DNA of 64,000 nt from Ranitomeya imitator. Lineage: Eukaryota. The notes below the pieces were generated by a model. The model did no database searches. It saw only the letters and a program-made list of their open reading frames with translations, and was not told the origin of the DNA. The translations under genes and the position numbers were made by a program. Shown piece after piece: positions 1 through 14,929 of the stretch (its first letter is position 1; the number at the start of each line of letters is the position of its first letter). The stretch lies in the NCBI RefSeq assembly GCF_032444005.1, contig NC_091289.1, forward strand, positions 15,500,001 through 15,564,000. Reading direction: 5' to 3'.

Positions 1-3000
1 GAGCTGCACTCACTATTCTGCTGGTACAGTCACTGTGTACATACATTACATTACTGATCCTGAGTTACATCCTGTATTATACCCCAGAGCTGTACTCACT
101 ATTCTGCTGGTGCAGTCACTGTGTATATACTTTACTGATCCTGAGTTACATCCTGTATTATACCCCAGAGCTGCACTCACTATTCTGCTGGTGCAGTCAC
201 TATGTACATACATTACATTACTGACCATGAGTTGCATCCTGTATTATACCCCAGAGCTGTACTCACTATTCTGCTGGTGCAGTCACTGTGTATATACATT
301 ACTGATCCTGAGTTACATCCTGTATTATACTCCAAAGCTGCACTCACTATTCTGCTGGTGCAATCACTGTGTACATACATAACATTACTGATCCTGAGTT
401 ACATCCTGTATTATACCCCAGAGCTGCACTCACTATTCTGCTGGTGCAGTCACTGTGTATATACATTACTGATCCTGAGTTACATCCTGTATTATACCCC
501 AGAGCTGCACTCACTATTCTGCTGGTGCAGTCACTGTGTACATACATGACATTACTGATCCTGAGTTACCTCCTGTATTATACCCCAGAGCTGCACTCAC
601 TATTCTGCTGGTGCAGTCACTGTGTACATACATTACATTACTGATCCTGAGTTACATCCTGTATTATACTCCAGAGCTGCACTCACTATTCTGCTGGTGC
701 AGTCAATGTGTACATACATTATATTACTGATCCTGAGTTACCTCCTGTATTATACCCCAGAGCTGCACTCACTATTCTGCTGGTGCAGTCACTGTGTACA
801 TACATTACATTACTGATCCTGAGTTACAAACTGTATTATACTCCAGAGCTGCACTCACTATTCTGCTGGTGCAGTCACTGTGTACATACATTACATTACT
901 GATCCTGAGTTACAAACTGTATTATACTCCAGAGCTGCACTCACTAGTCTGCTGGTGCAGTCACTGTGTACATACATTACATTACTGATCCTGAGTTACA
1001 TCCTGTATTATACCCCAGAGCTGCACTCACTATTCTGCTGGTGCAGTCACTGTGTATATACATTACTGATCCTGAGTTACATCCTGTATTATACCCCAGA
1101 GCTGCACTCACTATTCTGCTGGTGCAGTCACTGTGTACATACATTACATTACTGATCCTGAGTTACATCCTGTATTATACTCCAGAGCTGCACTCACTAT
1201 TCTGCTGGTGCAGTTACTGTGTACATACATTACATTACTGATCGTGAGTTACCTCCTGTATTATACCCCAGAGCTGCACTCACTATTCTGCTGGTGCAGT
1301 CACTGTGTACATACATTACATTACTGATCCTGAGTTACATCCTGTATTATACTCCAGAGCTGCACTCACTATTCTGCTGGTACAGTCACTGTGTACATAC
1401 ATTACATTACTGATCCTGAGTTACATCCTGTATTATACCCCAGAGCTGTACTCACTATTCTGCTGGTGCAGTCACTGTGTATATACTTTACTGATCCTGA
1501 GTTACATCCTGTATTATACCCCAGAGCTGCACTCACTATTCTGCTGGTGCAGTCACTGTGTATATACATTACTGATCCTGAGTTACATCCTGTATTATAC
1601 TCCAAAGCTGCACTCACTATTCTGCTGGTGCAATCACTGTGTACATACATAACATTACTGATCCTGAGTTACATCCTATATTATACCCCAGAGCTGCACT
1701 CACTATTCTGCTGGTGCAGTCACTGTGTATATACATTACTGATCCTGAGTTACATCCTGTATTATACCCCAGAGCTGCACTCACTATTCTGCTGGTGCAG
1801 TCACTGTGTACATACATGACATTACTGATCCTGAGTTACATCCTGTATTATACTCCAGAGACATGCACTCACTATTCTGCTGGTGCAGTCACTGTGTACA
1901 TACATTACATTACTGATCCTGAGTTACATCCTGTATTATACTCCAGAGCTGCACTCACTATTCTGCTGGTGCAGTCACTGTGTACATACATTATATTACT
2001 GATCCTGAGTTACCTCCTGTATTATACCCCAGAGCTGCACTCACTATTCTGCTGGTGCAGTCACTGTGTACATACATTACATTACTGATCCTGAGTTACA
2101 TCCTGTATTATACTCCAAAGCTGCACTCACTATTCTGCTGGTGCAGTCACTGTGTACATACATTATATTACTGATCCTGAGTTACCTCCTGTATTATACC
2201 CCAGAGCTGCACTCACTATTCTGCTGGTGCAGTCACTGTGTACATACATTACATTACTGATCCTGAGTTACATCCTGTATTATACTCCAGAGCTGCACTC
2301 ACTAGTCTGCTGGTGCAGTCACTGTGTACATACATTACATTACTGATCCTGAGTTACATCCTGTATTATACCCCAGAGCTGCACTCACTATTCTGCTGGT
2401 GCAGTCACTGTGTACATACATTACATTACTGATCCTGAGTTACATCCTGTATTATACTCCAGAGCTGCACTCACTATTCTGGTGGTGCAGTCACTGTGTA
2501 CATACATTACATTACTGATCCTGAGTTACCTCCTGTATTATACCCCAGAGCTGCACTCACTATTCTGCTGGTACAGTCACTGTGTACATACATTACATTA
2601 CTGATCCTGAGTTACATCCTGTATTATACTCCAGAGCTGCACTCACTATTCTGCTGGTGCAGTCACTGTGTACATACATTACATTACTGATCCTGAGTTA
2701 CCTCCTGTATTATACTCCAGAGCTGCACTCACTATTCTGCTGGTGCAGTCACTGTGTACATACATTATATTACTGATCCTGAGTTACATCCTGTATTATA
2801 CTCCAGAGCTGCACTCACTATTCTGCTGGTGCAGTCACTGTGTACATACATTACATTACTGATCCTGAGTTACCTCCTGTATTATACCCCAGAGCTGCAC
2901 TCACTATTCTGCTGGTGCAGTCACTGTGTACATACATTACATTACATTACTGATCCTGAGTTACCTCCTGTATTATACTCCAGAGCTGCACTCACTATTC

Positions 3001-3175
3001 TGCTGGTGCAGTCACTGTGTACATACATTACATTACATTACTGATCCTGAGTTACCTCCTGTATTATACTCCAGAGCTGCACTCACTATTCTGCTGGTGC
3101 AGTCACTGTGTACATACATTACATTACTGATCCTGAGTTACCTCCTGTATTATGCTCCAGAGCTGCGCTCACTAT
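1..3175 (+). repeat. 86-bp tandem satellite array (about 37 units, with 81-bp and 91-bp variants); truncated by window start
   Basis: Unit CAGAGCTGCACTCACTATTCTGCTGGTGCAGTCACTGTGTACATACATTACATTACTGATCCTGAGTTACATCCTGTATTATACTC repeats head-to-tail. ORF starts recur every 86 nt. An 81-bp variant (TGTGTATATACATTACTG) is interspersed. Confidence 0.98.
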
Positions 3176-3702
3176 CTTACTGCATATACCCATATATAGA
3201 TGTAAATTACCTCCTTGTTTCCAGGAATTACTGGATATTTTCAGTGCCTCCATCCTTGGATCTGACATTTACTCTCCTGTTATCTCCCGGTTATCAGTTC
3301 GCTGATTGCTTTACGTCATTGGCGCACATTGTACCCGTTTACCCAAATACAGGTCCGGTGACATACCTATACCTGTGATTATTCACCGGCCTTCCATGTG
3401 GATTAATATTGAAATTCCAGGACTTCTTAAGGGGGCAGATACGGTGACCTATCCCATATCAGATCATTCTTAAAGGGGCAATGAATCTACAATAGAACTG
3501 TCACTGGTAAGGATCTCATCCATATCATTAGATTGGTCCTATCGTCCCAGCACGGTCCCGGGATCAGATAATCGGCGTACGGATGACCCCCCAGAAGATT
3601 GCCTTATATCGGACCCCACAATATATTGTAGGTTTTGTGAGATAGGGAGCCCCATATATATAGCTGCTGTGTGTGACTGTGACATGGGGGCACTGGGGCC
3701 AG

Positions 3703-6700
3703 CACTTATATTGGGGTGCTGTATATATAACACTTATATTGGGGTGCTGTATATAACACAGATATTGGGGTGCTGTATATATAACACTTATATTGGGGTG
3801 CTGTATATAACACAGATATGGGGGTGCTGTATATAACACAGATATTGGGGTGCTGTATATAACACAGATATGGGGGTGCTGTATATAACACTTATATTGG
3901 GGTGCTGTATATAACACAGATATTGGGGTGCTGTATATATAACACTTATATTGGGGTGCTGTATATAACACAGATATGGGGGTGCTGTATATAACACAGA
4001 TATTGGGGTGCTGTATATAACACAGATATTGGGGTGCTGTATATATAATACAGATATTGGGGTGCTGTATATAACACTTATATTGGGGTGCTGTATATAA
4101 CACAGATATTGGGGTGCTGTATATATAACACAGATATTGGGGTGCTGTATATAACACAGATATTGGGGTGCTGTATATAACACAGATATTGGGGTGCTGT
4201 ATATAACACAGATATTGGGGTGCTGTATATAACACTTATATTGGGGTGCTGTATATAACACTGATATTGGGGTGCTGTATATAACACAGATATTGGGGTG
4301 CTGTATATAACACAGATATTGGGGTGCTGTATATAACACAGATATTGGGGTGCTGTTAATGACACAGATATTGGGGTGCTGTATATATAACACTTATATT
4401 GGGGTGTTGTATATAACACTTATATTGGGGTGCTGTATATAACACATATATTGGGGTGCTGTATATATAACACTTATATTGGGGTGCTGTATATAACACA
4501 GATATTGGGGTGCTGTATATAACACATATATTGGGGTGCTGTATATATAACACTTATATTGGGGTGCTGTATATAACACAGATATGGGGGTGCTGTATAT
4601 AACACAGATATTGGGGTGCTGTATATAACACAGATATTGGGGTGCTGTATATAACACAGATATTGGGGTGCTGTATATATAACACTTATATTGGGGTGCT
4701 GTATATAACACAGATATGGGGGTGCTGTATATAACACAGATATGGGGGTGCTGTATATAACACAGATATTGGGGTGCTGTATATAACACTTATATTGGGG
4801 TGCTGTATATATAACACTTATATTGGGGTGCTGTATATATAACACTGATATTGGGGTGCTGTATATAACACAGATATGGGGGTGCTGTATATAACACAGA
4901 TATTGGGGTGCTGTATATAACACAGATATTGGGGTGCTGTATATATAACACTGATATTGGGGTGCTGTATATATAACACTTATATTGGGGTGCTGTATAT
5001 ATAACACTTATATTGGGGTGCTGTATATAACACAGATATGGGGGTGCTGTATATAACACAGATATTGGGGTGCTGTATATATAACACTGATATTGGGGTG
5101 CTGTATATAACACAGATATTGGGGTGCTGTTAATGACACAGATATTGGGGTGCTGTATATAACACTTATATTGGGGTGCTGTATATAACACAGATATTGG
5201 GGTGCTGTATATAACACTGATATTGGGGTGCTGTATATAACACAGATATTGGGGTGCTGTATATATAACACTGATATTGGGGTGCTGTATATAACACAGA
5301 TATTGGGGTGCTGTTAATGACACAGATATTGGGGTGCTGTATATATAACACTTATATTGGGGTGCTGTATATAACACTTATATTGGGGTGCTGTATATAA
5401 CACAGATATTGGGGTGCTGTATATATAACACTTATATTGGGGTGCTGTATATATAACACTTATATTGGGGTGCTGTATATATAACACTTATATTGGGGTG
5501 CTGTATATAACACTTATATTGGGGTGCTGTATATAACACAGATATTGGGGTGCTGTATATAACACAGATATTGGGGTGCTGTATATAACACTTATATTGG
5601 GGTGCTGTATATAACACAGATATTGGGGTGCTGTATATAACACTGATATTGGGGTGCTGTATATAACACAGATATTGGGGTGCTGTTAATGACACAGATA
5701 TTGGGGTGCTGTATATAACACAGATATTGGGGTGCTGTATATATAACACTTATATTGGGGTGCTGTATATATAACACAGATATTGGGGTGCTGTATATAA
5801 CACAGATATTGGGGTGCTGTATATATAACACAGATATTGGGGTGCTGTTAATGACACAGATATTGGGGTGCTGTATATAACACTTATATTGGGGTGCTGT
5901 ATATAACACAGATATTGGGGTGCTGTATATAACACAGATATTGGGGTGCTGTATATAACACTGATATTGGGGTGCTGTATATAACACAGATATTGGGGTG
6001 CTGTATATAACACAGATATTGGGGTGCTGTATATAACACTTACATTGGGGTGCTGTATATAACACAGATATTGGGGTGCTGTATATAACACTGATATTGG
6101 GGTGCTGTATATAACACTTATATTGGGGTGCTGTATATATAACACAGATATTGGGGTGCTGTATATAACACTTATATTGGGGTGCTGTATATAACACAGA
6201 TATTGGGGTGCTGTTAATGACACAGATATTGGGGTGCTGTATATAACACTTATATTGGGGTGCTGTATATAACACAGATATTAGGGTGCTGTATATAACA
6301 CAGATATTGGGGTGCTGTATATATAACACTTATATTGGGGTGCTGTATATAACACAGATATTGGGGTGCTGTATATAACACAGATATTGGGGTGCTGTAT
6401 ATAACACAGATATTGGGGTGCTGTATATATAACACAGATATTGGGGTGCTGTTAATGACACAGATATTGGGGTGCTGTATATAACACTTATATTGGGGTG
6501 CTGTATATAACACAGATATTGGGGTGCTGTATATAACACAGATATTGGGGTGCTGTATATAACACTTATATTGGGGTGCTGTATATAACACAGATATTGG
6601 GGTGCTGTTAATGACACAGATATTGGGGTGCTGTATATAACACTTATATTGGGGTGCTGTATATAACACAGATATTGGGGTGCTGTATATATAACACTTA

Positions 6701-9700
6701 TATTGGGGTGCTGTATATAACACATATATTGGGGTGCTGTATATAACACTTATATTGGGGTGCTGTATATAACACATATATTGGGGTGCTGTATATAACA
6801 CAGATATTGGGGTGCTGTATATAACACAGATATTGGGGTGCTGTATATAACACAGATATTGGGGTGCTGTATATAACACTGATATTTGGGTGCTGTATAT
6901 AACACTGATATTGGGGTGCTGTATATAACACAGATATTGGGGTGCTGTATATAACACAGATATTGGGGTGCTGTATATATAACACTTATATTGGGGTGCT
7001 GTATATAACACAGATATTGGGGTGCTGTATATAACACAGATATTGGGGTGCTGTATATAACACAGATATTGGGGTGCTGTATATAACACAGATATTGGGG
7101 TGCTGTATATATAACACTTATATTGGGGTGCTGTATATATAACACTTATATTGGGGTGCTGTATATAACACTGATATTGAGGTGCTGTATATATAACACA
7201 GATATTGGGGTGCTGTATATATAACACAGATATTGGGGTGCTGTATATAACACTTATATTGGGGTGCTGTATATAACACAGATATTGGGGTGCTGTATAT
7301 AACACAGATATTGGGGTGCTGTATATATAACACTTATATTGGGGTGCTGTATATAACACAGATATTGGGGTGCTGTATATAACACTTATATTGGGGTGCT
7401 GTATATATAACACATATATTGGGGTGCTGTATATAACACTTATATTGGGGTGCTGTATATATAACACTTATATTGGGGTGCTGTATATAACACATATATT
7501 GGGGTGCTGTATATAACACATATATTGGGGTGCTGTATATAACACTTATATTGGGGTGCTGTATATAACACATATATTGGGGTGCTGTATATATAACACT
7601 TATATTGGGGTGCTGTATATAACACAGATATTGGGGTGCTGTATATATAACACATATATTGGGGTGCTGTATATAACACTGATATTGGGGTGCTGTATAT
7701 AACACTGATATTGGGGTGCTGTATATATAACACATATATTGGGGTGCTGTATATAACACAGATATTGGGGTGCTGTATATATAACACAGATATTGGGGTG
7801 CTGTTAATGACACAGATATTGGGGTGCTGTATATAACACAGATATTGGGGTGCTGTATATATAACACTTATATTGGGGTGCTGTATATAACACATATATT
7901 GGGGTGCTGTATATAACACAGATATTGGGGTGCTGTATATAACACTGATATTGGGGTGCTGTATATAACACTGATATTGGGGTGCTGTATATATAACACA
8001 TATATTGGGGTGCTGTATATAACACTGATATTGGGGTGCTGTATATATAACACAGATATTGGGGTGCTGTATATAACACTGATATTGGGGTGCTGTATAT
8101 ATAACACATATATTGGGGTGCTGTATATAACACTGATATTGGGGTGCTGTATATAACACTGATATTGGGGTGCTGTATATATAACACATATATTGGGGTG
8201 CTGTATATAACACAGATATTGGGGTGCTGTATATATAACACAGATATTGGGGTGCTGTTAATGACACAGATATTGGGGTGCTGTATATAACACAGATATT
8301 GGGGTGCTGTATATATAACACTTATATTGGGGTGCTGTATATAACACATATATTGGGGTGCTGTATATAACACTGATATTGGGGTGCTGTATATAACACT
8401 GATATTGGGGTGCTGTATATATAACACATATATTGGGGTGCTGTATATAACACTGATATTGGGGTGCTGTATATATAACACATATATTGGGGTGCTGTAT
8501 ATATAACACATATATTGGGGTGCTGTATATAACACAGATATTGGGGTGCTGTATATATAACACAGATATTGGGGTGCTGTATATATAACACATATATTGG
8601 GGTGCTGTATATAACACAGATATTGGGGTGCTGTATATATAACACATATATTGGGGTGCTGTATATAACACTTATATTGGGGTGCTGTATATAACACATA
8701 TATTGGGGTGCTGTATATATAACACTTATATTGGGGTGCTGTATATATATAACACTTATATTGGGGTGCTGTATATATAACACAGATATTGGGGTGCTGT
8801 ATATATAACACAGATATTGGGGTGCTGTATATAACACAGATATTGGGGTGCTGTATATAACACAGATATTGGGGTGCTGTATATATAACACATATATTGG
8901 GGTGAGTATATAACACAGATATTGGGGTGCTGTATATATAACACAGATATTGGGGTGCTGTTAATGACACAGATATTGGGGTGCTGTATATAACACAGAT
9001 ATTGGGGTGCTGTATATATAACACTTATATTGGGGTGCTGTATATAACACAGATATTGGGGTGCTGTATATAACACATATATTGGGGTGCTGTATATAAC
9101 ACATATATTGGGGTGCTGTATATAACACTTATATTGGGGTGCTGTATATAACACTGATATTGGGGTGCTGTATATAACACTGATATTGGGGTGCTGTATA
9201 TAACACTGATATTGGGGTGCTGTATATATAACACATATATTGGGGTGCTGTATATAACACTGATATTGGGGTGCTGTATATATAACACTGATATTGGGGT
9301 GCTGTATATATAACACATATATTGGGGTGCTGTATATAACACTTATATTGGGGTGCTGTATATATAACACATATATTAGGGTGCTGTATATATAACACAG
9401 ATATTGGGGTGCTGTATATAACACATATATTGGGGTGCTGTATATAACACATATATTGGGGTGCTGTATATATAACACAGATATTGGGGTGCTGTATATA
9501 ACACTTATATTGGGGTGCTGTATATAACACTGATATTGGGGTGCTGTATATATAACACTGATATTGGGGTGCTGTATATATAACACATATATTGGGGTGC
9601 TGTATATAACACTTATATTGGGGTGCTGTATATAACACATATATTGGGGTGCTGTATATAACACAGATATTGGGGTGCTGTATATATAACACATATATTG

Positions 9701-12700
9701 GGGTGCTGTATATATAACACAGATATTGGGGTGCTGTATATAACACATATATTGGGGTGCTGTATATAACACAGATATTGGGGTGCTGTATATAACACAG
9801 ATATTGGGGTGCTGTATATATAACACTTATATTGGGGAGCTGTATATAACACAGATATTGGGATGCTGTATATAACACAGATATTGGGGTGCTGTATATA
9901 TAACACAGATATTGGGGTGCTGTATATAACACTTATATTGGGGTGCTGTATATAACACAGATATTGGGGTGCTGTATATAACACTTATATTGGGGTGCTG
10001 TATATAACACAGATATTGGGGTGCTGTATATATAACACTTATATTGGGGTGCTGTATATAACACTTATATTGGGGTGCTGTATATAACACAGATATTGGG
10101 GTGCTATATATAACACTGATATTGGGGTGCTGTAAATGACACATATATTGGGGTGCTGTATATAACACAGATATTGGGGTGCTGTATATAACACAGATAT
10201 TGGGGCGCTGTATATATAACACATATATTGGGGTGCTGTATATATAACACAGATATTGGGGTGCTGTATATAACACAGATATTGGGGTGCTGTTAATGAC
10301 ACAGATATTGGGGTGCTGTATATAACACAGATATTGGGGTGCTGTATATATAACACTTATATTGGGGTGCTGTATATAACACAGATATTGGGGTGCTGTA
10401 TATAACACAGATATTGGGGTGCTGTATATAACACAGATATTGGGGTGCTGTATATATAACACATATATTTGGGTGCTGTATATATAACACAGATATTGGG
10501 GTGCTGTATATAACACAGATATTGGGGTGCTGTTAATGACACAGATATTGGGGTGCTGTTAATGACACAGATATTGGGGTGCTGTATATAACACAGATAT
10601 TGGGGTGCTGTATATATAACACTTATATTGGGGTGCTGTATATAACACAGATATTGGGGTGCTGTATATAACACAGATATTGGGGTGCTGTATATATAAC
10701 ACATATATTGGGGTGCTGTATATATAACACATATATTGGGGTGCTGTATATATAACACAGATATTGGGGTGCTGTTAATGACACAGATATTGGGGTGCTG
10801 TATATATAACACTTATATTGGGGTGCTGTATATAACACAGATATTGGGGTGCTGTATATATAACACAGATATTGGGGTGCTGTATATAACACAGATATTG
10901 GGGTGCTGTTAATGACACAGATATTGGGGTGCTGTATATAACACAGATATTGGGGTGCTGTATATATAACACTTATATTGGGGTGCTGTATATAACACAG
11001 ATATTGCGGTGCTGTATATATAACACTTATATTGGGGTGCTGTATATAACACATATATTGGGGTGCTGTATATAACACAGATATTGGGGTGCTGTATATA
11101 ACACAGATATTGGGATGCTGTATATAACACAGATATTGGGGTGCTGTATATATAACACAGATATTGGGGTGCTGTATATAACACAGATATTGGGGTGCTG
11201 TATATAACACAGATATTGGGGTGCTGTATATATAACACAGATATTGGGGTGCTGTATATAACACAGATATTGGGGTGCTGTATATAACACAGATATTGGG
11301 GTGCTGTATATAACACAGATATTGGGGTGCTGTTAATGACACAGATATTGGGGTGCTGTATATAACACAGATATTGGGGTGCTGTATATAACACAGATAT
11401 TGGGGTGCTGTATATATAACACAGATATTGGGGTGCTGTATATATAACACAGATATTGGGGTGCTGTATATAACACAGATATTGGGGTGCTGTATATAAC
11501 ACAGATATTGGGGTGCTGTATATATAACACTTATATTGGGGAGCTGTATATAACACAGATATTGGGGTGCTGTATATAACACAGATATTGGGGTGCTGTA
11601 TATATAACACTTATATTGGGGAGCTGTATATAACACAGATATTGGGGTGCTGTATATAACACAGATATTGGGGTGCTGTATATATAACACATATATTGGG
11701 GTGCTGTATATAACACTTATATTGGGGTGCTGTATATATAACACAGATATTGGGGTGCTGTATATATAACACAGATATTGGGGTGCTGTATATAACACAG
11801 ATATTGGGGTGCTGTATATATAACACTGATATTGGGGTGCTGTATATATAACACTTATATTGGGGTGCTGTATATAACACATATATTGGGGTGCTGTATA
11901 TATAACACTTATATTGGGGTGCTGTATATATAACACTTATATTGGGGTGCTGTATATAACACATATATTGGGGTGCTGTATATAACACAGATATTGGGGT
12001 GCTGTATATAACACAGATATTGGGGTGCTGTATATAACACAGATATTGGGGTGCTGTATATAACACTTATATTGGGGTGCTGTATATAACACAGATATTG
12101 GGGTGCTGTATATATAACACAGATATTGGGGTGCTGTATATATAACACAGATATTGGGATGCTGTATATATAACACAGATATTGGGGTGCTGTATATATA
12201 ACACATATATTGGGGTGCTGTATATATAACACAGATATTGGGGTGCTGTATATATAACACATATATTGGGGTGCTGTATATATAACACAGATATTGGGGT
12301 GCTGTATATATAACACTTATATTGGGGTGCTGTATATATAACACAGATATTGGGGTGCTGTATATAACACAGATATTGGGGTGCTGTATATAACACAGAT
12401 ATTGGGGTGCTGTATATATAACACTTATATTGGGGAGCTGTATATAACACAGATATTGGGGTGCTGTATATAACACAGATATTGGGGTGCTGTATATATA
12501 ACACAGATATTGGGGTGCTGTATATAACACTGATATTGGGGAGCTGTATATAACACAGATATTGGGGTGCTGTATATAACACAGATATTGGGGTGCTGTA
12601 TATATAACACAGATATGGGGGTGCTGTATATATGACATATATTGGGGTGCTGTATATATAACACTGATATTGGGGTGCTGTATATATAACACAGATATTG

Positions 12701-13615
12701 GGGTGCTGTATATAACACAGATATTGGGGTGCTGTATATATAACACAGATATTGGGGTGCTGTATATAACACAGATATTGGGGTGCTGTATATATAACAC
12801 AGATATTGGGGTGCTGTATATAACACAGATATTGGGGTGCTGTATATATAACACAGATATTGGGGTGCTGTATATAACACAGATATTGGGGTGCTGTATA
12901 TATAACACTTATATTGGGGTGCTGTATATATAACACAGATATTGGGGTGCTGTATATAACACAGATATTGGGGTGCTGTATATATAACACAGATATTGGG
13001 GTGCTGTATATAACACAGATATTGGGGTGCTGTATATATAACACTTATATTGGGGTGCTGTATATATAACACAGATATTGGGGTGCTGTATATAACACAG
13101 ATATTGGGGTGCTGTATATATAACACAGATATTGGGGTGCTGTATATAACACAGATATGGGGGTGCTGTATATATAACACTTATATTGGGGTGCTGTATA
13201 TATAACACAGATATTGGGGTGCTGTATATATAACACAGATATTGGGGTGCTGTATATAACACTTATATTGGGGTGCTGTATATATAACACAGATATTGGG
13301 GTGCTGTATATAACACTGATATTGGGGTGCTGTATATAACACAGATATTGGGGTGCTGTATATATAACACTTATATTGGGGTGCTGTATATAACACAGCT
13401 AGTGGGGTGCTGTATATATAACACTGATATTGGGGTGCTGTATATATAACACTGATATTGGGGTGCTGTATATATAACACTGATATTGGGGTGCTGTATA
13501 TATAACACAGATATTGGGGTGCTGTATATAACACAGATATTGGGGTGCTGTATATATAACACTTATATTGGGGTGCTGTATATATAACACTGATATTGGG
13601 GTGCTGTTAATGACA
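3703..13615 (+). repeat. 26/28-bp minisatellite, about 9.9 kb (about 370 units)
   Basis: Unit ATATTGGGGTGCTGTATATAACACAG with recurring variants (CACAGAT/CACTTAT/CACTGAT/CACATAT, an extra TA, TTAATGAC). Confidence 0.98.
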
Positions 13616-13674
13616 ATCTATATGATACATCATTACGACTTACACGACTTTATCCCTGAGGCTCACGCACATGA

Positions 13675-13810
13675 ATTCCTATTGGCATTGCATATAAACG
13701 TCGTGTTAACTCTCAATAAAGTTTGTTGAAAAGAAAAAAAAAAGCCGGGGCTCCGTCACTTCCTGTCAGCGTCTGTTGTTGCGGAAGCGCAAACCGGAAG
13801 TGGTGACAGG
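13675..13810 (+). promoter_or_regulatory. Putative housekeeping-type promoter (ETS/GABP motifs, CCAAT box) of the downstream HAD-like gene
   Basis: CACTTCCTG 13757-13765, GCGGAAGC 13781-13788 and CCGGAAGTG 13794-13802, ATTGG at 13681-13685, and local CpG enrichment. Assignment to the gene is inference. Confidence 0.6.
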
Positions 13811-13853
13811 AGCCGGCATCTGTCGGTCACCGGCAACAGAACTGAGGCGACAG
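13795..13853 (+). other. Putative non-coding first exon ending at a GC-type donor
   Basis: GC-rich stretch after the ETS sites ends CAG|GCAAGG at 13853/13854. The first coding exon has an acceptor upstream of its ATG (TTTTAG| at 18930), so an upstream UTR exon is implied. Confidence 0.3.
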
Positions 13854-14929
13854 GCAAGGAAAACAAACCAGGCGTCTGATTAACCCTCTCACTGCCGGTG
13901 CTTGTTGACTTTAGCCCTTAATTAAAGGCACAGTACACCCTAAATCGTCATGTTAGCTTGTGCAGTTAATGACAAACCTTTGTTCCCTGTTGTCAGCCCT
14001 CTCCAAACTGAGGAGAAAATGGTGTATGACAAGTCAGAGCCTTGCTGTAATCCCCGGCAGATGTGTCTGTATACAGCCGCTCCCCTTCTATAGACCCTTA
14101 GGAGATGTTCTTCTTAAAGGGCCAGCGTCTCTTTAACTCTGTGATCGGATCTGACCTCCTTCTTGTCTTGCTGCAGTCGCTTTCCAAGGTGCTAATCGCC
14201 ATGGAAACCAGGCATCAGTGACTACTCCTGTGCCATCATCCCTAGGGGTGGTCCGGAGTTGTCGTTTGTTGCTAAGCAACAGCGATTTAGTGTTCTGTAT
14301 GGGGGTAAGCGGCTGCCAGACACCTCCAAGGGCTGCTGAGCACAAAGGATGGGGCAGAAGAAAGCCAACATGCCCGATATAGGAGACAGCAGGCGTTCTG
14401 AGAATCTCGGCCCATCCCGGGGTTGTCTGACTTATGTCTGATGGGTATATGCACCTTAAAAGGGGTTTCCCACCTTTGCACATAATTTTTATTTTTTTAC
14501 TTGGGTCTTAAAATCCTTTTTGCAAATGGGTTTTTATTAAGAATTTTGCACCATTTTTGTTTTCCAGGATCTTTCTTTTCTATGTAGTCATAAATCTGCT
14601 GAGAGGAGGTAAAAAAAGGACACAAAAGAGCTGTAAATGCCCCATCGGAATGAGCTCGCTGGCAGATTCTCAGTCAACTCCTTCTGCAGCCGCCAATAGA
14701 CACAGAGGCCGTAGGGAGCAAACGGTGCAAAATTCTTAATGAAACCCAATTGCACAATTTATTGTTACCCCCAGTTACATACGTTGTCCCCAAAGGTGGA
14801 CGATAAGAATCAATTTCCAGGTCTGACTTATACCTTTTTTTTTTTCTCTTGTTTTACAGATTTGACGAAAGTTACCTTAAGTAAATGACTTTTGTTCTTT
14901 AAACCGCACTTCATTTCACTTTTTTTAAA

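Noticed and set aside
35-3378. Many 64-150 aa ORFs beginning MYIHYITDPE (also at 49.9-50.9 kb and 60-64 kb)
   Set aside because: They are translations of the 86-bp satellite and recur every 86 nt with frame rotation; not genes.
3564-13590. Long minus-strand ORFs rich in YTAPQY/IQHPNI
   Set aside because: Produced by a 26/28-bp minisatellite lacking stops on that strand; overlapping in all three frames.
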